This document shows positions 52,977-63,430 of a DNA stretch of 64,000 bases, piece after piece. The notes beneath the pieces are model-generated. The model ran no database searches, was not told the origin of the DNA, and saw only the letters and a list, made by a program, of their open reading frames with translations. The position numbers and the translations under genes are program-made. Source of the DNA: Patescibacteria group bacterium (lineage in GTDB: Bacteria; Patescibacteriota; Microgenomatia; UBA10105; UBA927); NCBI GenBank assembly GCA_023379025.1, contig JAMCTH010000004.1, positions 19,740 to 83,739 on the forward strand, in the 5' to 3' direction. The first letter of the stretch is position 1, and every line of letters begins with the position of its first letter.

Positions 52977-53429
52977 CTATCTCCCCCTCTCCCGCTCCGC
53001 AATCTTTCTGAGCCTTCTCACATACCGCTCTTTCCCTGAAAATGCTGTCGAGAGAAATACTTCAACACAGGCCTTTGCTTCCTCCTGGGTCATATAGTCG
53101 GCGGGGAGGGCCAGAATGTTTATGTCATCGTCGGTTCTGTTCCTCCGTACTTCCCCGGCCGTCCCCGCCACCGCGCAGCGGATACCGGCGATTTTGTTGG
53201 CCGCAATCGCGACCCCTCCGCCGGACCGGCAGATGAGGATGCCCCGGCTTCCCGGCTCCGCCGCCACCCGGTCGGCCACGGCGAAGGCATAGTCGGGAAA
53301 GTCGTCTTCCGCTTCAAACCGTTTGTCCCCGCAATCCGTCACGGCATACCAGGGGTCGGCCAGGAGCCACTGCATGAGGCTACCTTTCAGTACGAACCCT
53401 CCGTGATCGGCGCCGAGAAACACGTGCAT
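52977..53429 (-). CDS. rpiB: Ribose-5-phosphate isomerase B (RpiB/LacAB family)
   Basis: MHVFLGADHGGF ... ILICRSGGGVAIAANKIAGIRCA. Start at the internal Met. Confidence 0.8.
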   Translation of the reverse strand: MHVFLGADHGGFVLKGSLMQWLLADPWYAVTDCGDKRFEAEDDFPDYAFAVADRVAAEPGSRGILICRSGGGVAIAANKIAGIRCAVAGTAGEVRRNRTDDDINILALPADYMTQEEAKACVEVFLSTAFSGKERYVRRLRKIAERERGR

Positions 53430-53498
53430 ATGTGTATTGTTACCCAAAGCTGAGACGTATGTAAACAAGGAATTGTGGGACGGATGCAAAAAAGATGA

Positions 53499-53840
53499 TT
53501 ACCGATACGATTGGAGACTACCGGAGAGACTGTCGTATTTGCCGTCTAATTTTTTGAATGTCTCATCGTCAAGAAGTCCTCTGCCCCATGCAACGGCCAT
53601 ATGGGTCCGTGTCTTTGCCACTTCACCGACTGCGTCAACCATGAGATCATGCGCCATCCGCTGGTCCCGGCGGGTCAGGCTGTCGGCAATCGTTGCGGCA
53701 ACGATTTCCGCTGATTCAAGCAGATCGTTAACCACCTCACGGTCATGGGGATCGACATCAACGGTCTCAAGCGCCGTATGAAGATCCATAAGAGTCACAT
53801 ACGATGCCTGCCAGAGCTTGTGTTCGTGAAAATTAACCAT
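53499..53840 (-). CDS. Hypothetical protein
   Basis: ORF only. Confidence 0.3.
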   Translation of the reverse strand: MVNFHEHKLWQASYVTLMDLHTALETVDVDPHDREVVNDLLESAEIVAATIADSLTRRDQRMAHDLMVDAVGEVAKTRTHMAVAWGRGLLDDETFKKLDGKYDSLSGSLQSYR

Positions 53841-53846
53841 AGCGTA

Positions 53847-55346
53847 TTATACCAAAAACCACTGCCTCCCGTCTTTTGCGATACGCTTGCCCGCGGCATG
53901 CGGTCCCCACGTCCCTTTCCGGTACGGGTAGAGTGGCGGGCGGTAGCGTTTCCAGCCGTCAAGGATTTTCGTCACGAACTGCCAGCTCGCCTCAATTTCA
54001 TCCGTCCGGGCAAACAGCGTCTGGTCGCCCCGGATGCCGTCAAGGAACAGCCGTTCGTATGCGTCGTGGGAGGTTTTTTCCGGGAATGCATCGCGGTAGT
54101 TCATGGTCATCTCTTTCCGGGTAAGGGAAAGCATGCCGAGTCCGGGTTCCTTCACCATAAACCGGAGGCTGATCCCCTCCTCCGGCTGGATACGGAGCGA
54201 AAGGACATTGCGATACACATTTTCCTCATTGAACAGACAAAGCTTACCGTAGCACACGACCGGCTTTTTGTAGTGAAGGGAAATCTCCGTCACGCGATTC
54301 GCGAGCATTTTTCCGGTCCGGATGTAAAACGGTACGCCGCGCCAGCGCTCATTGCCGATCGCAAACCTCATGGCGGCAAACGTTTCCGTCCGTGAACCTG
54401 CGGCCACACCGGGCTCCCGGAGGTACCCTTCGTACTGCCCGCGCACTACCAACTGGGAGACAAACCGGGGGTCGATACAGTCGATGTCTTCCATGGCGGA
54501 GACGCGCGCGTTGCGGATGGAGGCCGCGTCGAAAGCGCGCGGGCGCTCCATGGCGATGAGCGACACCATCTGCAGGACATGATTCTGCACGACATCGCGG
54601 AGAGCCCCGACGCCGTCGTAGAACGCCCCGCGCGTGCCGATGCCGCCCTCCTCGGCAAGCGTCACCTGCACGTGGTCGACAAAATCGCGGTTCCACGTCG
54701 GCTCAAAGATGCCGTTTCCGAACCGGAATGCGAGTATATTTTGTACTGTTTCTTTGCCGAGATAATGGTCAATACGGTATATCTGGTGCTCATCAAAAAC
54801 AGCGGAAAGGAGCGCTTCCAGATGGTGCGCCGTCGCGAGGTCGCTGCCGAAGGGTTTTTCGATAAAGACACGGGAAGCGCGATTGCCCGACTTTTTTACC
54901 CTGGCTGATGCGTCTTTCGGCATGCATCCTTCGGATAATCCGCTGTTCTTCAGGTTCGTCAGGATCGCTTCATAGTGGGCCGGCGGAGTCGCAAGATAGA
55001 AAAACCGGGGAATACATGCACCGGCCATATGATCAAAATTGCCAATCAACCCCCTCACCCCGCCGTAGAGCGGCGCATCCTCAAAGAGACCTTGCTGGTA
55101 CTCTAATCCGTCAAGGATTTTCTTCCAGACCGATGCTGAAAAGTCGCTCCCGACGGTATCGCGGACTGCTTTTACCATGAGTTCCGCAAACTGGTCGCGG
55201 GTCAGATGCCGCCTCCCGACGCCGACCGTAAAAAACGGCGGCTCGATAGCCCGGTCCCGCACCAGCCGGTAGAGCGCGGGCATAAGCTTCCGGTGGGTGA
55301 GGTCGCCGGTCGCGCCGAAGATGACAAGGATAAACGGCGAGCGCAT
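53847..55346 (-). CDS. zwf: Glucose-6-phosphate 1-dehydrogenase
   Basis: IFGATGDLTHRKLMPALY (NADP site) and RIDHYLGKE as the active-site signature. Confidence 0.9.
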   Translation of the reverse strand: MRSPFILVIFGATGDLTHRKLMPALYRLVRDRAIEPPFFTVGVGRRHLTRDQFAELMVKAVRDTVGSDFSASVWKKILDGLEYQQGLFEDAPLYGGVRGLIGNFDHMAGACIPRFFYLATPPAHYEAILTNLKNSGLSEGCMPKDASARVKKSGNRASRVFIEKPFGSDLATAHHLEALLSAVFDEHQIYRIDHYLGKETVQNILAFRFGNGIFEPTWNRDFVDHVQVTLAEEGGIGTRGAFYDGVGALRDVVQNHVLQMVSLIAMERPRAFDAASIRNARVSAMEDIDCIDPRFVSQLVVRGQYEGYLREPGVAAGSRTETFAAMRFAIGNERWRGVPFYIRTGKMLANRVTEISLHYKKPVVCYGKLCLFNEENVYRNVLSLRIQPEEGISLRFMVKEPGLGMLSLTRKEMTMNYRDAFPEKTSHDAYERLFLDGIRGDQTLFARTDEIEASWQFVTKILDGWKRYRPPLYPYRKGTWGPHAAGKRIAKDGRQWFLV

Positions 55347-55992
55347 GTACCGCTATACTAGCGCGTTTCGTCGAAAAATTCATGAAGCAATATGCCATCA
55401 CCCAACTGTATGTAACCGTCAGGATAGTATTGCATTCGGTTTCATATTGCGATATGTTCAAAAAGGCTTGATGCACGTTACCAATTTGTTCAAATGTTTC
55501 CTGAAGGCGGCCTCGCAAGAGGGGTCCTGCAGTTCGATCGTAGGAATGGGATCCGCTACCGATTGATGTTGGGAGGTGCGTATGCGACACAATGAATCGC
55601 ACGAAACAGTCGATTGCTTTGGCACGAAGGACGGTCTCGCCGGTCAGAACGACGGCGGCTACATGATCAAGGAGGCCGGCATCGGCTGAGTCCGGCGTGG
55701 ACTCTGAGGTGCCACAACCGCCTCCTTTTCCGAACCGACAGAGGATCCTTTGCCAACCCATCAGGGGATCCTCTCTAAGCTCTCGATTCTTTGCGCACCC
55801 GCAGCGTTTTTGCTGCACATGTATTCAGGAACATTTGGGGAAAAGGCGCGTGGTTTGTATTTTGGAGGCTTCAATTGCATTCATTGATCCCTGCAACCGC
55901 ACAAACCACGCGGACCTGGTCGCGCATCAAACTATAATCCCCTCCTCCGGATATGCCGGAGACAAGGGGGTTATTTTTTTGGCCGAAGATTC

Positions 55993-57435
55993 CTATGCTC
56001 GGAGGAGCTTGCGGTACAGACGCAGGTACCCGCGCGCGCTTTTTACCCAGGAATTATCAATTGCCATAATCCTGAGGACCATCCGGCGCCACCCGGCGGG
56101 CTTCCCGTTTTGGAGCGCATGGGCTCCGCGCATGGCTTGCGCCAATGCTTCCGCCCGGTACTCATGAAAGACAAATCCGGTTTTCCCCTGTTCCACCGTA
56201 TCGGCGAGCCCGCCGGTTTCCCGGACGACCGGCACGGTCCCGTAGCGCATGGCTATCATCTGCGTAAGCCCGCACGGCTCGAACTTGGAAGGCACGAGAA
56301 GCGCGTCCGCTCCGGCATAGATCCTGCGCGCCAGCCGCTCGTCAAACGTATGGAAAAATGCCACGTGGCCGCGGTGACGGCCCGCCAGGTTTTCGAGGAT
56401 ATCGACCTGCGCCTTCGGTCCGGTGCCGAGGATCACGAGCTGACCCGGAAGCTTTTCGAGGAAAGACGATTCTACCATCTCCTCCACCAGCTCTATCCCC
56501 TTCTGCCGGACCTCAAGCCTGCTCACGTATCCGAAGAGCATGATATCGACCCTCGGCAGCTGAAATACGGTCTGGATGTGTTCTTTGTTCGCCGCTTTCG
56601 CGGCAAATACGCTCTCCCGGTCGTACTGCCGCCAGAGATACTCATCGCTCCCCGGATTCCACCGGTCGAAACTGATGCCGTTGAGAATTCCGGCCACGCG
56701 GTCCCGGCGGCGGGCAAGGACGCCGTTGACATGCTCTCCGTAGTCGCTCGTCAGTATTTCGCGGGCATAGGTCGGGGATACCGTGGAAATGACATCCGCA
56801 TATTCCAGCCCTTCCCGGAGGATATTGACGGACGGCCCCTGCTTTCCCGGATACACATGCAAAAGTCCCCGCGGGATGCCGGCCCGGTCCGTAGTCTCTG
56901 CTCCCGTGACCCCCTGATACAGGAGATTATGGATCGTGAGGATGGTCCGCGTCGCCCGGGACTGGAGCGATATCTTGCTTCTTCTCCCCAGTTTGTTTTC
57001 TTCACCGATAAGAAGCGGTACCAGCGCCGTATGCCAATCCTGACAATGGACTATATCGTAGGTATATCCCGCCGTCGCCTTCCCTCCGGCGTAGTATGCG
57101 GCAACCGCACGGCTGAAAAAAACAAACACGTCCTGGATGGGCTTCCCGTGATAATCGTTGAGTCTCGGATGACGGAACAGTATGACGTTTGCGGCAGATT
57201 TGCCGAGCGGTCTGCGGAAAAGGAATACGAGCTCCCGTTTGCCGTCGTAATCCACGGCGAGACTTCCCATACAACGGGTGCGAACGGTTTGCTTGATTTT
57301 CGTGTAATACGGGATGGCGATATCAACGTGTACGCCAAGCCTGGTGAGAGCTATCGGGAGCGCGTAACTGACATCTCCGAGCCCCCCGAGCTTGTAGAGG
57401 TTCGCGACCTCGCTCGTGACAAAAAGAACGTGCAT
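55993..57435 (-). CDS. glgA: Glycogen/starch synthase (GT5)
   Basis: MHVLFVTSEVANLYKLGGLGDVSYALPIAL is the canonical GlgA N-terminus. Confidence 0.85.
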   Translation of the reverse strand: MHVLFVTSEVANLYKLGGLGDVSYALPIALTRLGVHVDIAIPYYTKIKQTVRTRCMGSLAVDYDGKRELVFLFRRPLGKSAANVILFRHPRLNDYHGKPIQDVFVFFSRAVAAYYAGGKATAGYTYDIVHCQDWHTALVPLLIGEENKLGRRSKISLQSRATRTILTIHNLLYQGVTGAETTDRAGIPRGLLHVYPGKQGPSVNILREGLEYADVISTVSPTYAREILTSDYGEHVNGVLARRRDRVAGILNGISFDRWNPGSDEYLWRQYDRESVFAAKAANKEHIQTVFQLPRVDIMLFGYVSRLEVRQKGIELVEEMVESSFLEKLPGQLVILGTGPKAQVDILENLAGRHRGHVAFFHTFDERLARRIYAGADALLVPSKFEPCGLTQMIAMRYGTVPVVRETGGLADTVEQGKTGFVFHEYRAEALAQAMRGAHALQNGKPAGWRRMVLRIMAIDNSWVKSARGYLRLYRKLLRA

Positions 57436-57512
57436 ACACCCATGATAACACGCGGCTAGAGAAGAGAGGCGTTTCGTTAGTTCGCTAGTTTGGAAAAAAC
57501 GTTTGTTGCGGT

Positions 57513-58616
57513 CTACTCTGTGGCGCGAATAACCCGTCCATATACCCGTTCATAGCCTTCCACCATGTTGTCGACCGAAAAATATTGTTTAACACGATTG
57601 CGACAAACAGCACGGTTAATCTCTCCGACTCTTTTGATGGCTTCTACAATACCTTCAATTCCTTGTTTCTTTATTATCCAGTTTCCTCTGCCGGGCCTGT
57701 CACTGTTATCTTCGTCTACAATAAACCCTGTCAGTCCGTCTTGCACAATTTCCGATACGCTGCCTCGATTATATGCAATGACCGGTGTTCCGCAGGCCAT
57801 GGCCTCTACCATCACGAGTCCAAACGGTTCTTCCCAGTGAATCGGGAAAAGTAAGGCTTTAGCATTTCCTAAAAAGGAATATTTTTCCTCACCGATCATG
57901 CGGTCAAGTAACCGTATCATCGCGCCGTCTTCCTGATCTTTTACCTTATTAAGGTATTCCGCGTTTCCGGGTTGTTCAAACCCGACGAGTAAAAGCACGT
58001 CTCCTACGAGTTTTGCTGCACCAATGGCATCAAGTGCTCCCTTGGTATCTGAAAATCTCCCCATCCAGCCAAGATATGCCGGCTCTTGCGGATTTGCAGT
58101 AAATCGGGCTTCTTCTGTGTGAATGCCGTTGTAAACTACCGTTGAAAAATGTATGTATGGGAGTGCCCGTATTGCTGCTTTTGACAAAGCAACATAAGTA
58201 TATTGCTGGTAACGCTGAAACAACGCTTGCACACGATTATCGAATCCGGCTCCATGGATGGTCGACACAACGGATGGTTGAAGTTCTGATATCCACGGTA
58301 ACAATGCGTGTTCCATATGACTATGAACGATATCAAAATCGTGAAGCTTTGGGAGAAGCGCACGAGCGTATTCCTGTTGTATCTGCAATGATTCCGGGGA
58401 ATTGAGAGGGATATGTTGGTCTTTCAAGGATTTCCCACCATAAATCATTGACATTCCGGAAAATTCCGAACCCTCCGGTGCTACAAAGGTAACGCTGTGT
58501 CCATGCATCTGAAGTCCCCGGGCCAGATCACGGGCAACCGCTTTTATACCGATTGCCTCTGTATCCGTAAACCTGCTCCAACATGGAACGAGCTGAGCAA
58601 TTTTGAGGCTCTTCAT
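57513..58616 (-). CDS. Glycosyltransferase family 4
   Basis: EPFGLVMVEAMACGTPVIAYNRGSVSEIV is the GT4 E-x7-E region. Confidence 0.8.
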   Translation of the reverse strand: MKSLKIAQLVPCWSRFTDTEAIGIKAVARDLARGLQMHGHSVTFVAPEGSEFSGMSMIYGGKSLKDQHIPLNSPESLQIQQEYARALLPKLHDFDIVHSHMEHALLPWISELQPSVVSTIHGAGFDNRVQALFQRYQQYTYVALSKAAIRALPYIHFSTVVYNGIHTEEARFTANPQEPAYLGWMGRFSDTKGALDAIGAAKLVGDVLLLVGFEQPGNAEYLNKVKDQEDGAMIRLLDRMIGEEKYSFLGNAKALLFPIHWEEPFGLVMVEAMACGTPVIAYNRGSVSEIVQDGLTGFIVDEDNSDRPGRGNWIIKKQGIEGIVEAIKRVGEINRAVCRNRVKQYFSVDNMVEGYERVYGRVIRATE

Positions 58617-59755
58617 ACTCGCTGATACACCCGCTCATACCCTTCTACCATCCGCTCTATTGAAAAATTTTCCTCAACGTGCCGCCGGCATTGGGCTCGG
58701 TCAATCTCCCCGATACGCCGTATCGCCTCAACAAATCCGTCTATCCCCTGCTTCCTGATAACCCATGAACCTTTTCCCGGATAATCGGTATCATCAGGAT
58801 CAATGATGAAGCCGGTCACACCATCCTTTACCACCTCCGGAACGCTTCCCCTGTTATAGGCGATGACCGGCGTTCCGCAACTCATGGCCTCTATCATGAC
58901 CATTCCAAAGGGTTCTGCCCATTGGATCGGGAAAAGCAGCGCCCGTGCATGTTGATAAAACCGTACAAGATCGTCACCGGACATCAAACTATTTATCTGT
59001 ATATCATTCCCATCAACAACTGGTGCAATTTTCTCCACATAATATGTACTTGCTTTTATCGTGTCATTGAGCCATGTTGCCATCCTGAGTTTTTGCCCGG
59101 CAGCCTTCACTGCAGCAATAGCTGCATCGTGACCTTTTACCGGCTGCATTCTTCCCGATGTAATAAAACAGTCTCCTCCTTCCGGATTGTACGCAAATCT
59201 GTCTACGTCGATACCGTTATAGACGGTATCAAAAAAATACTGTTTTAACTCACCTTCCTGTTGATGCTTGCTTATGGAAAGGAACCTATGCGTCGGAAAG
59301 CGTTTAAAAATCCAGTATTCGAGCATATCCGGCGTCGGAACCGGATCATGAAGGGTGTAGAGCGTCGGTATGCCGCTTTCCTCTTCATAAAAATGACTGA
59401 GGTGCCCAAAAGACTGAAAATCATGCATGACCGTGATGCCTTCTTTCCGCGCCTCCGTGTATGCCCGGGTCAGAAGATCGCTCTCATAGTACATTTTTGT
59501 CGCAAAAAGAGAGGTTTTGTCACGATTTGTGAGATCCTGAAATACACGGATCTTCAGGTCGTCTTCAAGAAGTATACGGTCCCCGGGGGTAAGCTGCACA
59601 TCCGTTTCCTCCGGAGCACTAAACCAAAAGACATCATGCCCCCGGCGTTTAAGACCGGTGACAATGTGCCGTGCAAGCGGCCCGGGCGCGAAAATCCGCT
59701 CCGAATACCGCTTCTCATACATGTAGATAGAAGGCGTAAGAAATCCGATTTTCAT
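58613..59755 (-). CDS. Glycosyltransferase family 4
   Basis: EPFGMVMIEAMSCGTPVIAYNRGSVPEVV. Paralogous to 57513-58616. Confidence 0.8.
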   Translation of the reverse strand: MKIGFLTPSIYMYEKRYSERIFAPGPLARHIVTGLKRRGHDVFWFSAPEETDVQLTPGDRILLEDDLKIRVFQDLTNRDKTSLFATKMYYESDLLTRAYTEARKEGITVMHDFQSFGHLSHFYEEESGIPTLYTLHDPVPTPDMLEYWIFKRFPTHRFLSISKHQQEGELKQYFFDTVYNGIDVDRFAYNPEGGDCFITSGRMQPVKGHDAAIAAVKAAGQKLRMATWLNDTIKASTYYVEKIAPVVDGNDIQINSLMSGDDLVRFYQHARALLFPIQWAEPFGMVMIEAMSCGTPVIAYNRGSVPEVVKDGVTGFIIDPDDTDYPGKGSWVIRKQGIDGFVEAIRRIGEIDRAQCRRHVEENFSIERMVEGYERVYQRV

Positions 59756-59832
59756 ACGAAGAAACCGCGTTCATATCTTATCGTAGCACAGAGCTAGCTT
59801 CCGGGGAATCTGAAAAAATAGGGTAAGTAAAG

Positions 59833-61020
59833 CTACCAGAGAAGGAATACATCCCGGTAGAGCTTGTCAAACCGTTCGGCGATTTTGGTCCAGGTAAACT
59901 TCGCTTCGACGATTGCGCGTCCGCGCTCGCCCATTTTTTTACAAAGGTCGGGATTTGCAAACAAACGGTTGACGGCGCTGGCAATCTCGTTGCTATTCCT
60001 GGGTCGGACAAAAAGTCCGGTCTGCTTATCCTTGACCGCCATGGTCACCCCGCCTTTCCTCGTGACGATGACCGGAGTCCGGGAAGACATGGCTTCGATA
60101 ATCGTGAGCCCCAAGGGTTCGTCCCAGACAGCCGGCGACACGAAAACATCAGCCAGGTAATAGAGATCCAGAAATTCCTCGTATTTGTGGACAAACGGCA
60201 GGATGCGGACATTGGTGAGCTTCATGGTGCTGATGAGATCTTCAAGATGCTTCCGCTGCGGCCCGTCCCCGGCAATGACGACTTCCCCTTCGATCTTCCG
60301 GGCAGCTTTGACGAGATATTCGACGCCTTTTTCCGTTACTATCCGGCCGGTAAACAGTGCGATCTTTTTGTTGCCGAGCTTGTACTTGTCCCGGAGGTGG
60401 CCGACCGGGCGCGATTTCGGGAAAAGGGAAAGCCGTACCCCGCCCGGAATGGTCCGGGTTTTGGCGGAAAGTTCGCGACCGAAGGTTTTGAGAAGTTTCC
60501 CCCTCGTATCGCCGGAGACGACGGTGATGGCGTTTGCGGCGCGGAGGGCATCGCGGCTCATCCGGAAATACCTGCGGTCGCGGCTTATGGCCTGTATACA
60601 GCTCCCGTGAGAGGTGAGGATGAGTTTGGTGCCGTAAAGGGAACGCGCAAGCCGCGCGGCCCAGCTGTTGACCATGACATGGTGGACATGGATAAGGTCG
60701 GGCTTGAATTTTTCGACCGCATCGATCGTGCCTTGCACAAAGGCGCTGTAGAGTTCGCCTATTTCGCGGTTCGTAAGATCCGCGTAGCGCTTGGCGCCTT
60801 CAAGACCCGGTCGCCCCAGGTAGACCGGCGTCTGCGGGAGACGGAGTTTGATGTGTTCAATATTGTCCACGATCTCTTCATCCGGCGCGGCGATCGCCAG
60901 ATCATAGTGGTAGGCTTCCTTAAGCCGGAGGGACAGATACTTGACATACGCCCCGCTGCCGCCGCCGTGGAGGGGGAAATCATAGAGCATCAGGACGCGG
61001 GGTTTCCTTTCTGCCGCCAT
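59833..61020 (-). CDS. Glycosyltransferase family 4
   Basis: EPLGLTIIEAMSSRTPVIVTRKGG. Start at MAAERKPRVLML; the ORF extends to 61074. Confidence 0.8.
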   Translation of the reverse strand: MAAERKPRVLMLYDFPLHGGGSGAYVKYLSLRLKEAYHYDLAIAAPDEEIVDNIEHIKLRLPQTPVYLGRPGLEGAKRYADLTNREIGELYSAFVQGTIDAVEKFKPDLIHVHHVMVNSWAARLARSLYGTKLILTSHGSCIQAISRDRRYFRMSRDALRAANAITVVSGDTRGKLLKTFGRELSAKTRTIPGGVRLSLFPKSRPVGHLRDKYKLGNKKIALFTGRIVTEKGVEYLVKAARKIEGEVVIAGDGPQRKHLEDLISTMKLTNVRILPFVHKYEEFLDLYYLADVFVSPAVWDEPLGLTIIEAMSSRTPVIVTRKGGVTMAVKDKQTGLFVRPRNSNEIASAVNRLFANPDLCKKMGERGRAIVEAKFTWTKIAERFDKLYRDVFLLW

Positions 61021-61439
61021 GGGTCCATTATACCATGTTCCCTGTCCCGGCTTTTCAATCCGGATTTTTTGCACCAGCGTGATAGTTGACTATTGTAGCC
61101 TATAATTTGCATTTCCGGGCATATTGTGGTAGAGTCCGGGAAGTTTTCCCTGCCACAAACCATGAATTCAAGGTCTATTGGGATGTTTGAGGGGTTTTCC
61201 TCCCAAACATAGTACGCGTATACTCAAGACCATTCCGACGGCGAAGTGCTCTTTAACATATCGGTAGTAGGGATTCTCGGCAATTAGATTGAGTACGGAA
61301 ATTAGCCCGCACTGATAATCTAATTCCTGAATTTACCTACTACCGCGCAAACGAATAGTTCATGTATATCCAAACCGGGCCGCTTCGCGGCTCCACTCAA
61401 CCCTCGCAAACGCGGGGGGAAATTTCGAAGGAGGACAGC

Positions 61440-61997
61440 ATGTCTGGCACGGATCTTGTGTTCGGCCTGTTCGGCTCGATCGGCTTCCTCGGCGCGCTCG
61501 TCACAATTTCTGGCTCCGTCCTGATCGTGGTCTACCTTATCCAACAACGCGGTGCAGAAAGCGTCGACGAGCAGTTTTTGCCGCCAATTGCAATAGGCGG
61601 GGCACCGGCGCTGATCAGGATTCCTTTTGCACCACACACGAAGTTCGTCCGTTACCTATCCGTGGAAGCGACGGATGAGTATCGGGAACTGGGGTCAGTT
61701 ACCATCACCGCAAACGACCCCACAGAAGGAGACTACCGCGACGGCGTGATTCTCTTGAAATTGTTCGGAGGGTATCAACAAGAACAGCAACTCAGTTACG
61801 CGTTGGTATCATACAACCCTTTCACGGACCCACATATGCCGGCGGCCTGCATTGAAAATGTCCATAGCAGGGGTGGTCAGATGACGATTGAATTCAGTGC
61901 ATTCTCGCTTCAGCTCACGACCGAGACGAAGCGTCTGCAGGGTAACCGTTTCGAACTCGTCGCTTTCTGGCTTTCCGCGTTCAAGGAGGGCACATGA
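61440..61997 (+). CDS. Membrane-anchored hypothetical protein
   Basis: SD aggagg precedes MSGTDLV. N-terminal TM helix. Confidence 0.45.
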   Translation: MSGTDLVFGLFGSIGFLGALVTISGSVLIVVYLIQQRGAESVDEQFLPPIAIGGAPALIRIPFAPHTKFVRYLSVEATDEYRELGSVTITANDPTEGDYRDGVILLKLFGGYQQEQQLSYALVSYNPFTDPHMPAACIENVHSRGGQMTIEFSAFSLQLTTETKRLQGNRFELVAFWLSAFKEGT

Positions 61998-62128
61998 ACA
62001 TCGTAAATCCTTTCTTCGGATTTGTCGGTGTGCTAATCGGACTCGCCGCGATCGCCCTGTTGGCGGTCGTGTTCAACCAAAGTTTGAAGGCTTTGGGCTC
62101 GATCCTCGAACCGAAAGCCAAAAACTGA
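61994..62128 (+). CDS. Small (44-aa) hydrophobic peptide
   Basis: ATGA start/stop overlap with the upstream gene. SD aaggaggg. Sequence: MNIVNPFFGFVGVLIGLAAIALLAVVFNQSLKALGSILEPKAKN. Confidence 0.4.
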   Translation: MNIVNPFFGFVGVLIGLAAIALLAVVFNQSLKALGSILEPKAKN

Positions 62129-62167
62129 TTCATCCCGGACCGTAAAGTCCGGATTCTGGAGGAGAAC

Positions 62168-62797
62168 GTGGACAAAATGACTTTAGTGCTTGCACTCACG
62201 GCTTTCAACATCGCCATTGCCCTCGCCATCATCGCCGTATCGCTCATCCGCTACTTTACTGCCATCAAGACAATAAAGCGGCTCGAGGAGCAGATACGCA
62301 AAGAGCTAGTACAGAAAACGATTGCACGACAAGAAGCGCGCACCGTTGCACATACGATCGACGCCGGATCTTTGAGCGTCGACATTGGATTCACTCGCGA
62401 TGACTGCAAACAGTTCGTTCGTCTTCTTGATGCAGGCAGGAGTGTGATCGGATATATCACGTTTCTGACCTATCATGAATCGCATCCCGATCCCAGACTC
62501 CACTTGAAAGAAGAATATGTCGGCAGGGTCGTCTTCATCGAATTGGCGGTCGCACCCGAAATACGGGATACAATCTATCTCGTGGGCGAGGAACTGCTCG
62601 ACGACGACTATCTCATTACAAAATGTCCAATTCAAGTGCTTGATGGAACCGGACACGGCGAACTCACAGTTGCCGGTATCAAGCTGCAGTGGTACGCGGT
62701 CGCGACGCTCAACACGGCGACTGGCAAGTGGACAAGCGTCCACTTCGATCTGACACCGACGAGCGTCGACGAATCACCTGTAGAAACCGGTGCCTGA
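62168..62797 (+). CDS. Membrane-anchored hypothetical protein
   Basis: SD ggagg. N-terminal TM helix (LVLALTAFNIAIALAIIAVSLI), then a soluble domain. Confidence 0.45.
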   Translation: MDKMTLVLALTAFNIAIALAIIAVSLIRYFTAIKTIKRLEEQIRKELVQKTIARQEARTVAHTIDAGSLSVDIGFTRDDCKQFVRLLDAGRSVIGYITFLTYHESHPDPRLHLKEEYVGRVVFIELAVAPEIRDTIYLVGEELLDDDYLITKCPIQVLDGTGHGELTVAGIKLQWYAVATLNTATGKWTSVHFDLTPTSVDESPVETGA

Positions 62798-63020
62798 TTC
62801 CGAATCACGAATTCACGAACTATCGAACTAACGATTCTCACGAGACTGCCGCCCATCGGGCAAAAAATACGTTTGCGCGGCAGTTCTCTTTTCTGTCTCC
62901 CCTCCTGGAAACGGCTTCCATGCTGACCCGTTAATTGATCTTTATTCTAATTTAGCATCAACGTTTCATGCTGACATTGAGCAACTTCGCCAACAAGAAT
63001 TCGTAACGTATGGATTTTCC

Positions 63021-63341
63021 ATGCCCGAAGACTTGCTTTGTGACCTCCCTGATCTACTCCAAATAGCGTGGGCTGAGAGAAACCCTGTTGTCGCAGTACT
63101 GGAACACGGACTTGTCAGACACATGACCCAAGATAATAGAGCGGCACTTTTTGCATTCCTTGCTGATAATCACATTCCGGCAATCGGACTCATGGAAGAC
63201 AGCCCAGATCCTGAAGGCATACCATATGACGGCACCATTCAGCGGGCCCAGATGGCTACGGGCTTTGAACTCCGACCATCGATTGAGGGAATCATAGCTT
63301 CATACAGCGCTGGTCCAACCGGCAACGAAACCTTATGCTGA
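63021..63341 (+). CDS. Hypothetical protein
   Basis: ORF only. Confidence 0.3.
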   Translation: MPEDLLCDLPDLLQIAWAERNPVVAVLEHGLVRHMTQDNRAALFAFLADNHIPAIGLMEDSPDPEGIPYDGTIQRAQMATGFELRPSIEGIIASYSAGPTGNETLC

Positions 63342-63430
63342 AGCCTCCCCAATTTCACCATTGCAAAGCTTAGCTTTGAAATGCTCCGGAGCGTCAGGAC
63401 CACCCATAATAATTGCACTGCCTCTTAGCG

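Noticed and set aside
55111-55818. 235-aa minus-strand ORF overlapping the zwf N-terminus and the intergenic region.
   Set aside because: It overlaps zwf out of frame and has low-complexity Arg/Gly/Pro composition. Only the intergenic part is noted, as a small finding.
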